A stretch of 64,000 nucleotides of DNA from Squalus acanthias (Eukaryota): the NCBI GenBank assembly GCA_030390025.1, contig CM059432.1, positions 14,820,001 to 14,884,000 of the forward strand, given 5' to 3'. Positions 1-13,100 of this stretch are shown in pieces (positions within the stretch are counted from its first letter, which is position 1; the number at the start of each line of letters is the position of its first letter). The notes under the pieces are model-generated. The model made no database searches and had not been told where the DNA came from. It saw nothing but the letters and a program-made list of their open reading frames with translations. A program made the translations under genes and the position numbers.

Positions 1-580
1 CCAGTTCTTAAAGGGGATGGTTAATCTTGCTTTCCATCCACATCCTGCTCATTGCAGCCTTGAATCTCGGCCTGGAGAGACCTGCACATCAAATGTGCTG
101 GAAAGAACAATGGAGAGTACCAGGCCAATAGCTCAGAATGCAGCCCCCACAGTCTCTGCTAAATCGATACAAGGAATGGCAAATCAAAATGAACCTGCAA
201 AGTGCTGCTCAGTACCCAAAACTCCTTCACACAACGTTGAATCTCTCCAGAAGTCTCTCCCTCTCTCTCTCAGAATGCGTAGTTCAAAAATGGCACCAAC
301 AATAAAAGGCAGGAAGCGGTCACCTTTAAATAGCGCTCCCCCTTTCCCTTCATGACTGCAGAACGCTCCCCTCAACCTGTCGTTGCTAGCGTCAGGCGGT
401 AAGGCAGGGGACGCCACTCAATATCCGCTCCGGGGCGATACCGGGGCGTTGCGCACTCGAGTGACGTCATGATCTGCCGGCGCAGGAGATCGTGGCGATA
501 GTGTTTAGCGCTGCCGCAAAATGTCTAGTTAATTTCGCGAGCGGCGCAAACTTCGCCGCGCCTGGGCGCTAGATGCTTTG
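1..580. mobile_element. Harbinger-type non-autonomous element, right part (truncated by window edge)
   Basis: Shares ccagctcttaaaggggagg, cctttaaatagcgc and a CpG-rich gcgcta-laden end with 21438-22083 and 48357-52993. Ends gaatttttccccc. Confidence 0.6.
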
Positions 581-3500
581 CGCCCATTAGCGCCCTCTTA
601 AGGCGCTAACGGGAGGCGCAACCAACTGAATTTTTCCCCCTTAAAGTGCTACTTCGATGTACCACTGGTATATTTGATGATAATTCTGGCTGTAGAATGA
701 GCTTCATTTCACCTGTGCTTTGCTTCTATCCATGGTTGGTATGTGTTGTAAGGTAGCCTTGGTCTTCTTGGTATCATTCTGTGACTCTCTATCCCCCTTT
801 AAACAAGGGTGATTGTCTTAAAATGAAGGCACCATGCGAGGTTCTGGGGAACAGGCATTACCCAGTTTGATTCTGTGCTGGTGGTCACATAAATGGCCAC
901 AATGAGATAAAAACAATCCTTATTTGGTAATATAGGGCACAATATTCTGCAGAGGGGCCTAAATAACAACATGGGTGTTTAGTGATGACCTGCTGAACTC
1001 TAGGAGAACTCTGTTGTCCTTTCACTTTGTTGCTGGCGGTTAGTAGTGAAAGTGCTGGAGTATTTGATCCTGTTGAATAATGTCACTGTGGTCTGCTGGA
1101 TACATGTATGGGCAGCAAATTGGCAGACACTGGAAATACTCTTAGTGTTAACCTGGAAGGAGCCCCCAACATGTAGAAATTGAGGGCCATGCTGAGTTTG
1201 ATGGCCACTTGCCTTGTACCACACTACCTGTACTGACTTTACAGATTGTGCGGAGATCTTTGCCACAGCCTCCCTTATAAATCTCAGCCTGCATAGGCAT
1301 CTCTATCATTGCCAGTAGCTACTCTTGGTTCAGAGGACATGCTATGTAGCGGAGTGGTGGGGACTGACGGTATGCCACACCTGCCTGTCACAGTTCTGTG
1401 CTGGTGATCAAAGATCATGTCCGGTCGTGTATGAGCCAATTTCCTCCAGTTAAACACGGGAAAGACTGAAGCCCTCATCTTTGGCCCCCTCCTTCGATTC
1501 CATCCCTCTCCCCGGCCATCTCTTTCTGGTCAAATATGGTACAGTATTATGTACACTGGCCTAAATGGCAAGTAAGTATAAGCGCATTAGGGCTTGAGCA
1601 CCATTTTTGAGCAGCGGCAATATTGTTCATGTCAAGGTCACGTGTAGTGTGCAAGTGGTGTACCACACTCCCAGCATGGCTGCCTCCCACCGCTCAATTC
1701 CCATAATGCTTTGCACTGACATGAATGTCTACACTTATAAATCAGGTACTGGAGGTAAATTAGAAAGAGATATTTAGAGCTAAGTTGGTCGTGGGCGCCG
1801 CTCAAGGTCAACATATCTGGAATCATCCCTGACCCGCCATGTCTTTGTGTAACAGGCACAATTTTCTTTCCCCCCCCCCCCCCTTTGCTTCTGTTCACAT
1901 AAAATTGCCAGCTGCAGCATGGACCTTATTCAGAAACTTAGGTGAAGGGTTAAGTTCCATAGTGCAAGACAGCTCCAAGGTTGGAAAGAGTAAAAGAGAA
2001 TGTGAGGTAAATCAGGAAGTAGTGGTCAGGCAACGACAAGCTTGGGTTATAAAAGGCTGTTGAATAGAGAAGGAAGGAGAGGAGAGGGGAAGGAAGGAAG
2101 GAAGGAAAGTTCCTATATTCCCTAGAGATGTGGCCACTCATACTTGAGGGATGGCAGGGAATCAGTTTTGAAAGCACACACCTGCAATGTAATGTGGAGC
2201 CATGACACTAGGCAGGGATTGGTAATTAAATGTGACAGCGTCCAAGGGGGAGAAAAAAACCCAAATGTGGATGTATTAAAAAGAATTAAGGACAATAAGC
2301 AGGAAGTGATACTGAAAAAGGGCACCGATAAATGGAATCTGCTGTATTTCAAATCAAGAGAAAAGCTTGATGCATTACTAACAGTATTAACTTGCTTTTC
2401 CAACCATATCACAGACTTGACAATATGGCATGTTGTAACAAATCCACAGGATATCTGGTTTACTGACATACAATCTACTGTATAAGGGATTAAGCAGACA
2501 TGACACAACAGTTCCTGTGCTGCTGGGCTGGGAGGGGGGAGGCGAGTTGTTTCCTGTGGAGTGCAACAGGCCAGTGTTTAACAGTGCAGATGCAGGGAAG
2601 AATATTTCGGAGTTATGTTCCATTACCTATGGAGAGCAGGAGGTAACGACAACATCACACGTTTATATACCGCATTTAACATAATAAAACATCCCAAGGC
2701 GCTTCACAGAAGCACAATCAGATAATAGGTGACACCGAGCCGAAGAAGTTTATATTGGGAAAGGTAATAAAAGCTTGGTCAAAGTGGTAGGTTATAAGGA
2801 GGTCTTAAAGGAGGAGAAAGAGGTGAAGAAGACTCTCCCTTAAAACTTGTTTCTTTGGCCAAGCTTTTAGTCACCTGTCCTAATATCTGCCTCTTGGGCT
2901 CAGTGTCAATTTTTGTTTTATTACGTGTCTGTGATGCGCCTCAGGATGTTTTCCTACGCTATATAAAGGAATGTTGTCGTTGTAATCCCTCCCATCCTCC
3001 AACCCCACAGACTCAGCAACCTCGGATAGATCAAGAATTCACTAAGCAGGAAATCATGGGAAAAAAACCTACAACCCTGCTGTTCTGCATCACGCCACTG
3101 TAACCCTGCACTGGCGCCAAGTGGTCCATTACATCTATTTCTTAAACCCCAATGGCTAATTATGTAGATGCACTCCCATTGTGCTACTGATGTTTACAGA
3201 CCAGGTCTAATCCACCGTCTATGCCAAGGTAGCTGATCTCAGTCAAGGTGCCAGTAAGAGCAGGAAAATTGATTTCTGAAGCACTGGGATGAGAGGGCCA
3301 AAAAAATCAGGCAGGGTTCCTGCTCATCATCGCTGTCTAATGACCTTCCTACCACCCCATCTCTCCCTCTCCCACTAAGGATGCATGCATTTAAATGCCG
3401 GAGAATAACAAGAATGGACTTTGCTGGGATACTCCCCTCTCCTTCCTTCCATGGTCCAATATCCTGCCAATATTCCCTGTCTGGGTTCAAATATGAAAAA

Positions 3501-4326
3501 TAAAGGCCTATTGGCTGAAGTATCTAAGGGTGGCTAAAACCTGTGGTCCCGTATCCCTGTGCCAAAGATGAGTCAGTGCCTTCAGGAACGGAGGGGGAAA
3601 ATTTGGAGCGGGGGTTAATTTATGGTAACAGTTCGCGATGTGCTGCTTGGGCACAGTTTGTGTGTAGAAAAGCAGGCCCCAGGAGTGCTCTTGCTATTTG
3701 CTCATTGCTGTTTGTACTTCACTGTAACTGCACCTGGATGCATGCGATAATAGATGAAAACTGCACCATTATTCTCGAGGCACTTACACTAATGGACAGA
3801 TTGTCGGCATAGAACAATACACAGCTTTAAGAGTGTTATTCTAAACAGGCTGATGTGGCAAACTGCATTATGCACAAGGAGGATGAAATACACAAAAAAA
3901 CTGGAGCTTTTCATCTGTGCAGAAGTTGGCATGCGGTGAAATCAAAACAAGTCTTTGTGCTGCAGGTAAAATCAAAACAGGCTCGTATCCAGGAAACAGG
4001 CTTTCGTTGCTAATGGACGCATCAAGGGGAAACAAGTGCTAATAACATCAGCTCTTAAAAAGTGTCGACAGCAACTGGAATTATTCTCGACAATTTAAAG
4101 TGACGGCAATCATTCAGAAATACAAATATATTCCGTTTTTTTTTAAATTAATATCTTCACTGGCGCTTTCACGAAAACCCTATTTGAATTCCCTCAAAGA
4201 GAGGGTTATGTTGAGGAATAAGTTCATTCTTTCCCATCCAATGTGTCCAAAGGTGAGTGGGGAATTCCCATTGGAAAATAATTGGATTTCCTGATATTTA
4301 CAATTGACAAAGGATTAACGCTCAAC

Positions 4327-4458
4327 GGGGTGGATCTTGACTTGGTGTGATAGTGTAAAATGGGTGATAGTGACTGCGGAAATAAAAATTGAGAGAGATG
4401 TAAAAGGGGCTACCCACTCACCCGCTTTACACCATCGCACAAAGTCAAAATCTGCCCC
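4327..4458. mobile_element. Small palindromic MITE
   Basis: ggggtggatcttgacttggtgtgatagtgtaaaatgggtga is an imperfect inverted repeat of tcacccgctttacaccatcgcacaaagtcaaaatctgcccc. Confidence 0.65.
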
Positions 4459-5575
4459 AGCAAGTTTTTGCTGTGTATTTTTTAAAATCCCAATAAACTA
4501 TCTTAGTTCTCTCGATGGGCTTCACCCCATCGAACAAGTGTGGAAGCTCCCAGTTCCATTCCCTTCTGAGCTGATCTCAGCCAGTGTGGTGATAAATGCA
4601 CTATAACTGACCTCAGAGTCCAGGGAGGAGGGGGGGGAAAAAAATCAGCCAAGGTTCTGCTCCTGATTTCTATCCAGTTTCCCTGCTGGAAAGTGTGGAC
4701 AACGGGTGAGGATAGGATTCAGCTCGCCTGACAGGATCTCAATGGGTAGTGTCAGAAGGCTATTCTATCTATGCTCACACACGAAGAACACTGTCTACAC
4801 TCACGCATGAACAACAGGTCACTTGAATGAAGCACCATGGAATTGTATGAGTCAGCGACTTCAGTAGAGAAGGGGAGAAAACTGGAGTAGATTTTTTTAA
4901 AATAATGCAACAATCCTGTTTTATTCTTGTCACAGGATGCTAAGTGTGCCATCTTCAGAGCGGCATCAATGCATTCTGTATCTACATGCAGTCCTGAATT
5001 GCACTTTACATTTATACCACTCGTGTGCTCTGGGAACTTTGGAGGTTTTGTTTTGCATTTATCTCTGTACCTGTGAAACCAATAAACCGCAAATTTGTTT
5101 TGCAATGATGTTCAAACATGTGGTATAAATAGAATACATTAAGGCCAGCAGTAAGATGTGATCGATCTCCCCAAATGTAAGACAGACTATATATAACTCA
5201 TCGGTAACCTGGTCGCTCGTGGGCTATCTGAGCAGTTTTGGTGTCAGATTTATTGATCATATCTCACTGCTGGCCATGATTATTCCCACATAAAACTAAA
5301 AAGGAACCATAAATTGGCCGCTAAGTTACAGGAGTGACTTGAGTAGCACTTGAATAGTCATAGCCCCACCAGACTGGGAACATTTGTCCTGCCTACAAGT
5401 TGTACTTCCCACATATTGCAAAATAAATTATTCTTGAAACATCAATCCGGAATAGAACATAAAAGTCTTAAGTCTATTACTGTACATTCTTCTCAAAAGG
5501 ACAAAAATTATGAACTGACATAAACAAGGAAACTTTCAATTGCATGCACAGTATAAGAGCAAGTAACTCAACTAC

Positions 5576-5653
5576 CTGGGTAGTAGGAATTCTGTATTGA
5601 TGGGCTCTTCAGTGTATTTGTCTTCACAGTAAACGAAGATGGTGAGGACATGG
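5576..5653 (-). CDS. PTPRM: PTPRM next coding exon (78 bp)
   Basis: Acceptor ttttctctcAG, donor GTagtt. Phase-compatible translation (A)MSSPSSFTVKTNTLKSPSIQNSYYP resembles PTPRM SVSSPSSFTMKTNTLSTSVPNSYYP. An 86-bp intron (5654-5739) separates it from the previous exon. Confidence 0.9.
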
Positions 5654-5739
5654 CTGAGAGAAAATGGTAAAGAATGGTTCAGTGATTCACATAGTTTGGG
5701 AGCGGTCTCATTAAGTGATGGAATGTCTTATTAACTCAC

Positions 5740-5891
5740 CTCTTCCATTCAGATTGTGCGTATCCATGAAGGAGAAAGCCTCATCACAATTAGTACCTTG
5801 CTCGGTAAAACTCTTGTCCATTGAATTTACCATCACAGTCATCTCCTGCCGAGTACTGCTCAGGGTATCTTTTCGCTTCTTTGCTAGTTTT
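5740..5891 (-). CDS. PTPRM: PTPRM (receptor-type tyrosine phosphatase mu) internal coding exon, juxtamembrane region
   Basis: Minus-strand translation KLAKKRKDTLSSTRQEMTVMVNSMDKSFTEQGTNCDEAFSFMDTHNLNGR closely matches the recalled vertebrate PTPRM juxtamembrane sequence. Acceptor gtttcaAG and donor GTgagt flank a 152-bp exon. Confidence 0.93.
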
Positions 5892-6254
5892 CTTGAAACA
5901 TTAAGAGGAAAAATAAAGCACACAATTAACTTTTAATGAAACATGAAGAAAACATTTGAATTCCGGATATTTTGTCTTTTACGCCGAAGTCATCTGAACT
6001 ACCAGCTAATTCTAAGATACCAAAGAGACTCCTTTACATTTGCTCAACGCCCAATATGCCTGCTCATGATTTTACGGAAGTTGAGATCCTCTAAAAAAGG
6101 TCTGCACTCTGAGAAGCAACTTAAAAGCACGAAGACCACAGGTACAAGGGAAATGACGAAGACATCCATGAGTGTATAGGGATCTTCCGTTCTAACATTA
6201 AAGATTATAGAGTATTAATTTTGTACGTTTGAGATCAGTGCCATGCTACAATTT

Positions 6255-8700
6255 TTAGAAACATAGAACCATAGAATAGTTACAGAACAGGAGGCCATTT
6301 GGCCCGTCGAGCCCGTGCCGGCTCTCTGCAAGAGCACTTCAGCTAGTCCCACTTCCCCCGCCTTTTCCCGTAGCCCTGCAATTTCTTTTTCCTTCAGGTA
6401 CTTATCCAACTCCCTTTTGAAAGCCACGATTGAATCTGCCTCCACCACCCTTTCAGGCAGTGCATTCTAGATTCTAACCACTCGCTGCGTAAAAAAGTTT
6501 TTCCTCATGTCGCCTTTGGTTCTTCTGCCAATCACCTTAAATCTGTGTCCTCTGGTTCTCGACCCTTCCGCCATTGGGAACAGTTTCTCTGTCTAGACCC
6601 ATCATTACTTTGAACACCTCTATCAAATCTCCTCTCAACCTTCTCTGCTCTAGGGAGAACAACCCCAGCTTCTCTAGTCTATCCACGTAACTGAATTCCC
6701 TCATCCCTGAAACCATTCTCATAAATCTTTTCTGCACCCTCTCTAAGGCCTTCACATCCTTCCGAAAGTGCGGTGCCCAGAATTGGACACAATACTCCAG
6801 TTGAGGCCGAACAAGCGTTTTGTAAAGGTTCATCATAACTTCCTTGCTTTTGTACTCTATGCTACTATTTATGAAGCCCAGGATCCCGGCACCACCCCTG
6901 TATCTAAGGAGGATTCGAAGACTATGGCCAGTACCTCCGTGATTTCCACCTTAACTTGTGCGGGTTAGGTTGATTTGGCTATGATAAATTGACCCTTCGT
7001 GTTAGGGGGGGATTAAATATGTGGGGTTATGGGGATAGGATGGGATATGTTAGGGGGAATTAAATACGTGGGGTTACGGGGGTAGGGTGGGATATGTGTA
7101 CTGTGGGGATTAAAGCAGGGACAGGGTACTGGATTTGAATGATCAGCCATGATCGTATTGAATGGTGGAGCAGGCTCGACGGGCCGAATGGCCTACTCCT
7201 GCTCCTAGATTCTATGTTTCTATGTTTCTATAACTTCCCTCAGCATCCTAGGATGCATCCCATCCAGTCCTGGTGACTTATCTACTTTAAGCACAGCCAA
7301 CCTTTCTAGTACCTTTTCCCATCCAGCATCTCCACGACCTCCTCTTTCACTATGACGTTGGCAGCATCTTCTTTCTTGGTGAAGACAGATGCAAAGTATT
7401 CATTTAGTACCTCGGCCATGCCCTCTGACTCCATACGTAGGTCTCCTTTTTGGTCCCTAATCGGCCCCACCCCTCCTCTTACAACCTGTTTACTATTTAT
7501 ATGAATATAGAAGACTTTTGAATTCCCCTTTATAATAGCTGCCAATCTATTCTCATATTCTCTTTGCCACTCTTATTTTCTTTTTCACTTCAGCTCTGAA
7601 CTTTCTATATTCAGCCTGATTCTCACTTGTATTCCCAACCTGACATCTGTCATACGCGCTCTTTTTCTGCTTCATCTTATTCTCTATCTCTTGCGTCAGC
7701 TCTGACTTTGGTTGCCCTAGCTTTCCCCCTCGTGGGAATGTACCTTGACTGTACCCGAACCATTTCCTTTTTAAAGGCAGCCCATTATTCGATTACAGTT
7801 TTGTCTGCCAATCTTTGATTCTAATTTACCCGGGCCAGATCCGTTCTCAATCCACTGAAATTGGCCTTCCTCCAATTATGTATTTTTACTCGAGATTGCT
7901 CCCTGTCCTTTTCCATAGCTAATCTAAACCTTATGATACTACGATCACTGTTCCCTAAATGTTCTCCTACTGACACTTGCTCCACTTGACCCACCTCATT
8001 CCCCAGATCCAGATCCAGCAATGTCTCCTTCCTCATTGGGCCAGAAACGTACTGATCAAGAAAAATCCCTTGAACACACTTCAGAAATTCTTCCCGTCCC
8101 TGCCCTTTACATTATTACTATCCCAGCCTATATAGGATAGTTGAAGTCCCCCATTATTACTACTCTATAATTCTTGCACCTCCCTGTAATTTCCCTGCAA
8201 ATTTGCTCTTCTATATCCTTCCCACTAGTTGGTGGCCTATAGAATACACCGAGTAGTGTCATGGCACCTCTATTATTTCTTAACTCCAACCAAATAGATT
8301 CTGTCCTTGACCTCTCCAGGACATCCTCCCTCTTCAGCACTGTAACATTCTCCTTAACTAATACTGCCACCCCACCTCCTTTCTTTCCTGAACACCTTAT
8401 ATCCAGGAATATTTAATACCCAATCCTGCCCTTTTTTGAGCCAGGTCTCCATTATTGCCACAACATTATATTCCCATGTGGCTATTTGCGCCTGCAGCTC
8501 ACCAACCTTATTTACCACGCTTCGTGCGTTTACACACATGGACTGTAAACCTATCTTAGACTTCCTTGTATTCTCTCTTAGTCTGACCCCACCTAATACC
8601 GTACTATTTTTTACTCTAGTGCTATCTGTCTCTCCCAATCCTTTGTGTAATTTGTTTCTCCTTTCTAATGCTATATCCTGGTGCCCATTTCCCTGCCAAA
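6255..8700 (-). mobile_element. CR1-clade LINE, internally deleted (endonuclease region joined to 3' end)
   Basis: APE-like fragments (CVNARSVVNK, GVFYRPP, VIMGDFNYP, LLDLDLGN) at 7306-8560 and RT C-terminus (LVRPQLEYCVQFWAP) at 6537-6836. Microsatellite tail near 6260. The RT core is missing at a junction near 6886. Confidence 0.85.
6958..7230 (+). mobile_element. 5'-truncated HE1/V-SINE-like SINE with CR1-derived tail, nested in CR1
   Basis: V-domain-like ggttaggttgatttggctatgataaattg, CR1 3' tail ending (tctatgtt)n, and TAACTT direct repeats at 6952-6957 and 7231-7236. Confidence 0.65.
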
Positions 8701-9265
8701 TTAGTTTAAACTCCCCCCCCACCCCCGCCACCACCTGCGAGGATATTGATTCTGGTTCTGGCTCTGTTGAGGTGCATCCCATCTGGCCTGTATAGGTCCC
8801 ATGCTGGTGCCAAACAAAATTATATTGGAATAAGCAAGATTACCTCCCAGCAATGACTCCCTTTATTTTTGTTTCACAATACAGCTGGCAGGTTGCAAAC
8901 CCCCTACTTTTTTTCAAACTCCTTCTTTCCTGAAGGCTTTCACTGGGCTACAGATCCACAAGTGCCAGCTGCCCTGTGCTACTTTGCTCATTCTCAATAT
9001 ATGACCCTGGACTGCAAGTGTTGGCCAGCTATTCACCACTGCCAAGCCTGATGCAGTCCTCATCTGGCATCCACTCATGTACACTTTCCAGCGAGGGTCA
9101 CTAGACAGCAATCAGGAGAAGGGACCAATGTTCCCCTTCCCAAGCTGAGGGCAGTAAGGACACTTGTTTAAAAAAAAAAGCTTTTCTTAATAAATATTCC
9201 GGTGGTACAGTAGGCAGCCTTTCAATTTCCGCAGACTGAAGAAAGCCAACGGACCCGTTACTTCT

Positions 9266-9816
9266 GTGTATTTGGATTTTCAAAAAGTATTCGATAAGGT
9301 GCCACACAAGAGGTTATTACACAAAATTAGGACTCATGGGATTGGGAGTAATATATTAGCATGGATTGAGGATTGGTTAATGGACAGAAAACAGAGAGTA
9401 GGAATAAACGGGACTTTTTCGGCTTGGCAGGCTGTAACTAGCGGGGTACCGCAAGGATCAGTGCTTGGGCCTCAGCTATTTACAATCTACATTAATGAAT
9501 TAGATGAAGTACTGAGTGTAACGTATCCAAGTTTGCTGATGATACAAAGTTAGGTGGGAAAGTAAGCTGTGAGGAGGACGCAAAGAGGCTGCAGAGAGAC
9601 ATAGACAGGTTGACTGAGTGGGCAAGAACATGGCAAATGGAATACAATGTGGGGAAGTGTAACGTTATCCACTTTGGTAGGAAAAACAAAAAAGCAGAAT
9701 ATTTTTTGAATAGTGAGAGACTGGGAAATGTTTGCATTCAGAGGGACCTGGGTGTCCTTGTGCATGAATCACAGAAAGCTAACATGCAGGTACAGCAAGC
9801 AATTAGGAAAGCAAAT
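9266..9816 (+). mobile_element. CR1 LINE RT fragment, 5' part (split by the Gypsy insertion)
   Basis: [31 protein letters not shown] motifs. Continues at 14327 as RKA-NGML once the LTR element is removed. Confidence 0.9.
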
Positions 9817-10031
9817 TGTCATAAATCGCAAGGAACAACTCAGGAAGTACTACTGGGTGGCCAGCTGGGGCGCCGTCCAGGGAGTATAAATACTCAGGAA
9901 TGGGCCCACCTTGGGCAGAGACAATCTGAAAACAGGAAGCTAGTGACTGCTAACTAGACCTCCATGTTTTGTTACAAGTTGATTAAAGCCTTGCTTTATG
10001 TTCAAGTGCGTAGTGAGTCTTTATTACGTCA
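9817..10031 (+). repeat. 5' LTR (215 bp)
   Basis: Identical to the 3' LTR except one base (ctgaaaac vs ctggaaac). TATAAATA at 9885-9892 and ATTAAA at 9982-9987. Confidence 0.96.
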
Positions 10032-10131
10032 ATTTAATCAACTTGGTATCGTCTCCACGCTTTGGGTGATTCGGAACAACCAGCTGCAACTCGAACCACA
10101 GAAGGGAACTTGGGCAAGAAATTGATCCATC

Positions 10132-13100
10132 ATGGAAAAACTCCTTAGACCCGCTCGTCTCGACCTGGACCCGAATGCACCTGCGGCAGCAAAGGTATGG
10201 AAGCATTGGTTTCGTACCTTTAGCAACTTTCTTGAAGAATGTGGGGCGGATGTCCCTAATAAGTTACGAATGCTTATCAACTACGTGTCTCCTCATGTGT
10301 ATGATTATATTGAGGACTGTATAGACTATGACACTGCTATCGAAATCTTACAGCAGCTATATGTCAAGTCCCCAAATGAAATCTTTGCTCGACACCTACT
10401 GGCCACAACTCGGCAGCAGCCTGGGGAATCACTCGATGAATTTCTCCAGAAACTTCGCAGGCTCAGCAAGGATTGTAACCTTAAAGCAGTTTCAGCTGAA
10501 CAGTATCAAGAGGAACTAATCCGCGATTCCTTTATCAATGGAATCGCGTCCCCTTTTATACGTCAGCGCCTGCTGGAAAATAAAACCCTCAATTTACGGG
10601 CTGCTTATGACCAGGCGTGTTCCTTGGACTTGGCCAAGAAAAATGCAGACACTTATCTCCCACCACGTGCACGGGCGGCGGCTATCTCCTTTAATGAGTC
10701 TTTCGGTAGGTCTCGGGCGGATGCCCCCACTGATGTTGACTCTACTTTAACAGACGACGACCCTACCCTAGAGGCCTTCGCTGATGACGACCCCGCCCTA
10801 GCAGCATCCTGGCAATCAGGAAGAAAGTGTTTCTTTTGTGGAGGGGCGTGCCATCACAGAAAATTTTGCCCGGCTCGTAATGTGACCTGCAATCATTGCA
10901 GCAAGAAAGGACACTTTTCCAAGGTATGCCAGTCACGGGCCTTTGCTAACAAGAAAGGCCGCTCCTCTAAAGTATACCGGTCGAGAGCTCCTGTTAGCTT
11001 CACAGCTGCTATCTATGGAGCTGCTCCTCCCCCAAGAACTACTGTTAAGGCTACAGTTGCCGAAGGGAAAATTGCCCCTCCTCCCATCACGGCTGTTTTT
11101 CCCCAAAGTTTGTCCCATGCAGCCACGAAGGTTTCAGTAAATGGGCACACTCTAAGCGCGCTAATCGACTCCTGCAGCTCTGACAGCTTCATTAGTAAGC
11201 GGGCTGTCAACAGGTTAAAACTGCACATTTATCCCTCGGACAGGGAGATTGCAATGGCTCTGACGACTCTGACCACCAATTCTTCTGGCTTCTGTCTGGT
11301 CAACCTCATCCTCAACGGCCGCACGTATCTCTCCACCCGGCTCGGAGTACTCGCAAACTTATGCAGCGATGTGCTTCTGGGACAGGACTTCCAGAAGCAG
11401 CACAAGAAGATCACTTTTGAGTTTGGAGGGTCAAGGCCGGAGCTTACCATTTCTAAGGTGCCGTTTTGTGCACTCTCGGCGGCCTTACTCGGTGAACCCT
11501 CCCTGTTTGCCAATCTTCCCCCCCGCTGTAAACCCATAGCCACCAAATCGCGGCGCTTTAGCCAAGATGATCGAGCGTTTATTGAGGCGGAAATCTCTCG
11601 CCTTTTAGTCGACGGTATTATCGAGCCATGTTCATCTCCCTGGCGGGCTCAGGTCGTCATCGTGAGGAATCCCTTAAAACAACATAAAAAACGTCTGTGT
11701 ATCGATTATTCGCAGACTATTAATCTATATACCGATCTGGATGCCTACCCGCTGCCACGCATAGATGACATGGTCAACAACCTTGCCAAATACAAGGTAT
11801 TCTCGACCTTCGATTTAAAAAGCGCGTACCATCAGGTGCCACTGCAAGACTCCGACAAGAAGTATACAGCCTTTGAGGCCAATGGTCGGCTTTTCCAGTT
11901 TCGCCGCCTTCCATTCGGGGTCACCAATGGGGTGGCCGTCTTCCAACGGGCCATGGATGGCCTAGTCCGGCAAGAGAACTTGACGGATACCTTTCCGTAT
12001 TTAGACAATATCACTATTGCCGGCCATGATCAAAAGGAGCATGACGCCAATCTTCAGAGATTTTTTGACGTACTCCGCCGTCGCCACTTAACGTTAAACG
12101 AATCCAAATCGGTGAAGTCGGTGCCATCGGTGAACATTCTTGGCTACTGGGTGGGCAACGGTGTTATTAAACCGGACCCAGAGCGACTTTGTCCACTTCA
12201 GGAGCTCCCTCCCCCGACGAACCTCGGCTCTCTTCGTCGGGCACTTGGCATGTTTGCTTATTACGCAAAATGGATACCACACTTCTCCGATAAAATACAG
12301 CCCCTGCTCCATGCGAAGTCTTTTCCATTGGAAGCTACGGCTATTTCTGCCTTCAACCTCCTCAAACGACAGCTGGAGAAAGCCACACTTCGCTCCATTG
12401 ACGAAAATCTTCCTTTTGTGGTCGAATGCGATGCATCGGAGGTGGCGATCTCCGCTACCTTGAATCAAGGTGGCCGACCCGTGGCATTCCTATCCAGAAC
12501 CTTGCAGGGTAGCGAGCTCCATTACCCCCCCGTCGAGAAGGAGGCTACGGCCATCATCGAGGCTGTACGCCAATGGGGTCATTTTCTTGCTCGGCGTCAT
12601 TTTACGTTTATAACTGACCAGCGCTCTGTGGCCTTCATGTTGGATAACCGGAGGCGCACGAAAATCAAAAATAATAAAATTCAACTCTGGAGGATGGAGC
12701 TGGCTGCCTTTGGATATACTATCTGTTACCGACCCGGCAAACAGAACGTGGCCCCAGATACCTTCACACGGGCATTTTGCTCCTCAATGTCAACGTCGAC
12801 TCTGGCGGATTTGCATATGGACTTATGCCATCCTGGTGTGACCCGCATGTTGCACTTTGTGCGCTCCAAAAATCTACCATTTTCAACCGAGGACGTAAAG
12901 AAAACATGCTCCTCCTGTAGGATTTGTGCAGAATTGAAACCACAATTCTTTCGCCCATCAGATGGCTTACTCATACATGCAATGCAGCCTATGCAGAGGC
13001 TCAGCATAGACTTTAAAGGGCCATTGCCTTCGTCGACAAGGAACACCTACCTACTTACGATGGTGGACGAGTATTCACGCTTTCCCTTCGCCTTCCCCTG

